Shown piece by piece: positions 63,225 through 64,000 of a stretch of DNA of 64,000 nt. The DNA is from Cyanobacteriota bacterium. Its GTDB lineage: Bacteria > Cyanobacteriota > Cyanobacteriia > PCC-6307 > Cyanobiaceae. A program made the translations under genes and the position numbers. The notes beneath the pieces were generated by a model. The model was given only the letters and a program-made list of their open reading frames with translations, had not been told where the DNA came from and searched no databases. How positions within the stretch are numbered: the first letter of the stretch is position 1; each line of letters opens with the position of its first letter. The stretch lies in NCBI GenBank assembly GCA_046052125.1, contig JBJOMY010000006.1:32001-96000 (forward strand), read 5' to 3'.

Positions 63225-64000
63225 GCGGCGGCCACCAGCGGCAGCCTGGCCGCGAGCTCACGGAAGGCCTGAGCTGTGAGCGAATCCGGCGCGCTCAACA
63301 CCGCCGGGCGCCCGCCATCCCCGCCCTGCACCACCGCCAGCTCCATCGGCAGTTGGGCGAGCAGCGGCACCTCGCTCTCGCTGGCCAGCTGAGCGCCGCC
63401 ACCGGCGCCAAACAGCTCGTAACGCTTCTCAGGAGCGTCGGGCGGGATGAAGGCCGTCATGTTCTCCACCACGCCCAGCACCGGCACGCCCAGCTGCTGG
63501 AACATCGCCAGACCCCGGCGGGCATCCTGCAGCGACACCATCTGCGGGGTGGTGACGATGATCACGCCAGCCATCGGCACCGCCTGGGCCAGGCTGAGCT
63601 GGGCATCGCCGGTGCCAGGGGGTAGATCCACCACGAGCACATCGCGCTCACCCCACTCCACCTGATAGAGGAATTGGCGAATGATGCCGTTGAGCATCGG
63701 CCCCCGCCAGATCACGGGCTGATGGGCATCGATCAACAGCCCCATCGACACCATCGCGATGCCGCAGCTCTCCAGGGGGGTGAGGATCTGCTCGTTGCCG
63801 CTGCCGCGCACCTGAGGGGTCTGGTCGGCCACCCCCAACATCGTGGGGGCGTTGGGTCCATAGATATCCGCATCGAGCAGACCCACCCGCAGGCCGGAGG
63901 CCGCCAGGGCGCAGGCCAGGTTCACGGCCACGGTGCTCTTGCCCACACCGCCCTTGCCGCTGCTCACGGCGATCACCTGCTTCACGCCAGGGATCGGCTG
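63221..64000 (-). CDS. mrp: Mrp/ApbC/NBP35 Fe-S cluster carrier ATPase (5' end beyond window)
   Basis: SSGKGGVGKST, DADIYGP, WRGPM, DLPPGTGD, VTTPQ, GVVENM. Confidence 0.93.
   Translation of the reverse strand, partial: QPIPGVKQVIAVSSGKGGVGKSTVAVNLACALAASGLRVGLLDADIYGPNAPTMLGVADQTPQVRGSGNEQILTPLESCGIAMVSMGLLIDAHQPVIWRGPMLNGIIRQFLYQVEWGERDVLVVDLPPGTGDAQLSLAQAVPMAGVIIVTTPQMVSLQDARRGLAMFQQLGVPVLGVVENMTAFIPPDAPEKRYELFGAGGGAQLASESEVPLLAQLPMELAVVQGGDGGRPAVLSAPDSLTAQAFRELAARLPLVAAA

Overview
This is a high-GC picocyanobacterial chromosome segment (Cyanobium/Vulcanococcus/Synechococcus-like, inferred from gene content and order). It is mostly core genome: the S10-spc-alpha-L13 ribosomal protein cluster (rplC to rpmE, plus prfA), psaI-psaL, psaD, ndhO, ndhN, ldpA, recA, recF, ppc, trpE, rodA and three tRNAs (Ser-GCT, Gln-TTG, Arg-CCG). 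I saw no transposase, integrase, prophage or CRISPR array. The first ~13 kb is an envelope module: two tandem SLH/OprB-type porin genes, then a lipid-carrier glycosylation cluster (GT-C/ArnT-like transferase, two DUF2079 proteins, a GtrB-like GT2 and a GtrA-YdjC/ChbG fusion). The most notable unexplained signal is at the porins. Both 3'UTRs carry two copies of a Yfr1-type CUCCUCAC-like seed before their terminators (one is the exact ACUCCUCACAC, another sits in the loop of a perfect 10-bp hairpin). Both 5'UTRs carry the complementary GUGUGAGGA over the ribosome-binding site. This suggests a 3'UTR-encoded sRNA feedback circuit, which is an inference. Other points: recF has no canonical start codon (probably AUU), the porin paralogs show mosaic identity, and there are structured leaders before rplM and rplC. 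All product calls come from motif recognition by eye, not database searches.
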